From assembly GCA_026770705.1 (NCBI GenBank), contig JANJGN010000013.1, forward strand, positions 38,006,001-38,070,000: a stretch of DNA of 64,000 nucleotides, read 5' to 3'. Under the pieces are notes generated by a model that worked only from the letters and a program-made list of their open reading frames with translations, had not been told where the DNA came from and ran no database searches. Each line of letters opens with the position of its first letter. Within the stretch, counting starts at the first letter, position 1. Source of the stretch: Isurus oxyrinchus. Lineage: Eukaryota. Positions 60,736-64,000 of this stretch are shown one piece after another. Made by a program: the position numbers and the translations under genes.

Positions 60736-62407
60736 TCACTATCTGGCACCTTCACTAGCATCTTCTGAGAACTTTTCATCTTCATTTACAGACGCTATAT
60801 GAATACAAGGTGGTGCTGTTGTTAAAAGGAAGGGGAGAAGGATTAAAGTTAGGACGTACCGTGATGTCAGACCATTGGTGTCACAGCCAGTTCGGTGAGA
60901 CTGTGACTGAAAAAGTTAAGTCAGGAAGATGCCAAATAACCTTGCCAAGGCAAGTCTTCAGCTCTACCTGCTCCAATGCTAACTGTAGAGTTCCACCCTT
61001 TACATCAATGGCAGGCTCTTACACAAGGGTGAATGTTTGCAGACTGATAGCACATCCTCCTTCCTACTGAATGCAAAATTCTGCTGCAAGAGTAGAAGTG
61101 GATAAATATGTGCCCTGGGCCTGGGCTTTTAACCCTCACCAGGCATTAGCCGGTGCAAAGCAGGCTGTATGATGAAAGAAAGGGGCAGCAAACACGGCTA
61201 AGAAGGAGAAGCAGCTGTGGGGGCAGTAGCAGCTTCTACTACTAGGGTGAGGGAAAGACAGGAAGAGCAGTGAAGTCTTCATCATTGACATGTGAACAGC
61301 CATGGCTGAAGAAAAGTTGAGATAGGCTGTGCAGAGAGAACAAGGGGTATTGAAGAGATCTTACTCTTGAGATGATTCAATTGCTTGCTGCTTTGCAGCC
61401 AATTCCAGGAGAAAATGCCTGTGGGAAGCAAGATTCATGCTGGCAGTTCGCCTGCCACATGGAAATGAAAGATGACCCAAGTTCTGGGACCATATCCTCT
61501 CTGACTCCTTCAGGTCAGTGTTGCTCTCAGCCCATCCATCAGTTTCATTTTGGGAGACCAAATTTCACATAAAACATTGTGGTTTTAAAAGCAGCTTTTT
61601 AATCTTGTGTCATCGATCATAAAAGAGGCTCATTGCTAATACAAATATACAAACTTATACCATTATTCTTATTCAGTAGTTGTCACTATATGAATATAAA
61701 CTCTCAGACCTCTGAGCCGAATGGGGTGGACGTCACAAATGCAATGGTTTCCTCGTTCTTTTCTCTCTCTGTGAAAGATGTGGAATGAATGGTCCCATCG
61801 GCATGAACACCTCTTTATGACCACTACTTCTCAGCATGGTTTCAGGATTTTCATATCAGCAATTTAAATATTTATACAACTTGACAAACATCCACTGGAC
61901 TCTCGATGCTAGACATTAACAAGTGCCCTTTGCAGTCCTGCCAACCCAGTGCCCAAATTAAATTTAAAAACTCCTGTTGATGCAACATCTTTCATGCACC
62001 TTACAGAAGGAACAGTGGACACCATAAAGGAAGTAGAAGTTAGGCCAGAGGATGGGAAATAAGAGAAGGCATGGTTAAAGCGGCAGAGTTTACAGAGCGA
62101 ATGAGAAGGGTAGTATTGCAAAGAAGACTAAGAGGAGAATTCCAGAACGTAGAACATGCAGATGGTGCAGTACTGGAAGGGTACACCACAGGCATTAGTC
62201 AGTAGAGCCACCAGGGTAAGCTAGAACTCAAAGCTGGAGAAGATCACCGAACGGGGTGGAGTAAGGCCATCAAGAGCTTTGAAAATGAACCCTTGAGTCT
62301 TCCATAAAAATAAAAACAAAAAAACTGCGGATGCTGGAAATCCAAAACAAAATCAGAATTACCTGGAAAAACTCAGCAGGTCTGGCAGCATCGGCGGAGA
62401 AGAAAAG

Positions 62408-62446
62408 AGTTGACGTTTCGAGTCCTCATGACCCTTCGACAGAACT
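62408..62446 (-). ncRNA. Minimal hammerhead ribozyme-like motif (core CUGUCGA, GUC site)
   Basis: Identical to the 31364-31402 motif. Confidence 0.7.
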
Positions 62447-62819
62447 TGAGTTCGAGTCCAAGAAAGAGTTGAAATATAAGCTGGTTTAAGGTGTGTGTGT
62501 GGGGGGCGGAGAGTTAGAGAGAGAGAGAGGTGGGGGGTGTGGTTGTAGGGACAAACAAGCAGTGATAGAAGCAGATCATCAAAAGATGTCAACGACAATG
62601 GTACAATAGAACACATAGGTGTTAAAATTAAAGTTGGTGATATTATCTAAACGAATGTGCTAATTAAGAATGGATGGTAGGGCACTCAAGGTAAAGCTCT
62701 AGTGGGGGTGTTTTTTTTATATAATGGAAATAGGTGGGAGAAGGAAAATCTTTATAATTTATTGGAAAGAAAAAAAAGAAAGGGGGAAACAGAAAGGGGG
62801 TGGGGATGGGGGAGGGAGC

Positions 62820-63995
62820 TCACGACCTAAAGTTGTTGAATTCAATATTCAGTCCGGAAGGCTGTAAAGTGCCTAGTCGGAAGATGAGGTGTTGTTCCTC
62901 CAGTTTGCGTTGGGCTTCACTGGAACAATGCAGCAAGCCAAGGACAGATATGTGGGCAAGAGAGCAGGGTGGAGTGTTAAAATGGCAAGCGACAGGGAGG
63001 TTAGGGTCATTCTTGCGGACAGACCGCAGGTGTTCTGCAAAGCGGTCGCCCAGTTTACGTTTGGTCTCTCCAATGTAGAGGAGACCACATTGGGAGCAAC
63101 GAATGCAGTAGACTAAGTTGGGGGAAATGCAAGTGAAATGCTGCTTCATTTGAAAGGAGTGTTTGGGTCCTTGGACGGTGAGGAGAGAGGAAGTGAAGGG
63201 GCAGGTGTTGCATCTTTTGCGTGGGCATGGGGTGGTGCCATAGGAGGGGGTTGAGGAGTAGGGGGTGATGGAGGAGTGGACCAGGGTGTCCCGGAGGGAG
63301 CGATCCCTATGGAATGCCGATAAGGGGGGTGAAGGGAAGATGTGTTTGGTGGTGGCATCATGCTGGAGTTGGCGGAAATGGCGAAGGATGATCCTTTGAA
63401 TGCGGAGGCTGGTGGGGTGATAAGTGAGGACAAGGGGGACCCTATCATGTTTCTGGGAGGGAGGAGAAGGCGTGAGGGCGGATGCGCGGGAGATGGGCCG
63501 GACACGGTTGAGGGCCCTGTCAACGACTGTGGGTGGAAAACCTCGGTTAAGGAAGAAGGAGGACATGTCAGAGGAACTGTTTTTGAAGGTAGCATCATCG
63601 GAACAGATGCGATGGAGGCGAAGGAACTGAGAGAATGGGATGGAGTCCTTACAGGAAGCGGGGTGTGAGGAGCTGTAGTCGAGATAGCTGTGGGAGTCGG
63701 TGGGTTTGTAATGGATATTGGTGGACAGTCTATCACCAGAGATTGAGACAGAGAGGTCAAGGAAGGGAAGGGAAGTGTCAGAGATGGACCACGTGAAAAT
63801 GATGGAGGGGTGGAGATTGGAAGCAAAATTAATACATTTTTCCAAGTCCCGACGAGAGCATGAAGCAGCACCGAAGTAATCATCGATGTACCAGAGAAAG
63901 AGTTGTGGAAGGGGGCCGGAATAGGACTGCAACAAGGAATGTTCCACATACCCCATAAAGAGGGAGGCACAGCTAGGGCCTATGCGGATACCCAT
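62820..63995 (-). CDS. PLE RT C-terminus + GIY-YIG endonuclease (partial, open toward the window edge)
   Basis: WYIDD, PFLDL, CPRKRCNTC, LVYCIRCSQCGLLYIGETKRKLGDRFAEH, RKLEEQHLI. Confidence 0.8.
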   Translation of the reverse strand: MGIRIGPSCASLFMGYVEHSLLQSYSGPLPQLFLWYIDDYFGAASCSRRDLEKCINFASNLHPSIIFTWSISDTSLPFLDLSVSISGDRLSTNIHYKPTDSHSYLDYSSSHPASCKDSIPFSQFLRLHRICSDDATFKNSSSDMSSFFLNRGFPPTVVDRALNRVRPISRASALTPSPPSQKHDRVPLVLTYHPTSLRIQRIILRHFRQLQHDATTKHIFPSPPLSAFHRDRSLRDTLVHSSITPYSSTPSYGTTPCPRKRCNTCPFTSSLLTVQGPKHSFQMKQHFTCISPNLVYCIRCSQCGLLYIGETKRKLGDRFAEHLRSVRKNDPNLPVACHFNTPPCSLAHISVLGLLHCSSEAQRKLEEQHLIFRLGTLQPSGLNIEFNNFRS

Positions 63996-64000
63996 AGCCA

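Larger units (their letters stand above)
62310..64000 (-). mobile_element. Neptune-type PLE, runs off the window end
   Basis: Very similar to 31304-34267; complete 3' tail. Confidence 0.95.

Noticed and set aside
61250-61500. Possible Harbinger transposase N-terminal remnant (LQP..MPV..K-like)
   Set aside because: Too degraded to align by eye; needs an HMM or tBLASTn search.

Overview
Vertebrate genomic DNA, very probably a cartilaginous fish (shark), judging by HE1-type SINE/HER1-type LINE and Deu-domain SINE sequences. No host protein-coding exon, rRNA, tRNA or CRISPR could be supported. The window is a nested transposable-element landscape. It contains many decayed CR1/L2 LINEs (one nearly full length), a decayed Mag-type Gypsy LTR element with both LTRs, and a young Neptune-type Penelope-like element (PLE) family: one copy with a nearly intact RT + GIY-YIG ORF, two truncated copies, and several tail-only or fold-back copies with target-site duplications (TSDs). 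It also holds an older second PLE family, at least seven copies of a palindrome-rich PIF/Harbinger-type MITE with 3-bp TSDs, and Harbinger derivatives retaining a Myb/SANT exon. The most interesting signals are a minimal hammerhead ribozyme in the PLE tail with a non-canonical core (CUGUCGA/CUGUUGA, i.e. A6U) in every readable young-family copy, and TSD-flanked fold-back mini-PLEs whose inversion point lies in that ribozyme. Boundaries of decayed repeats are read by eye and are approximate unless a TSD is given.
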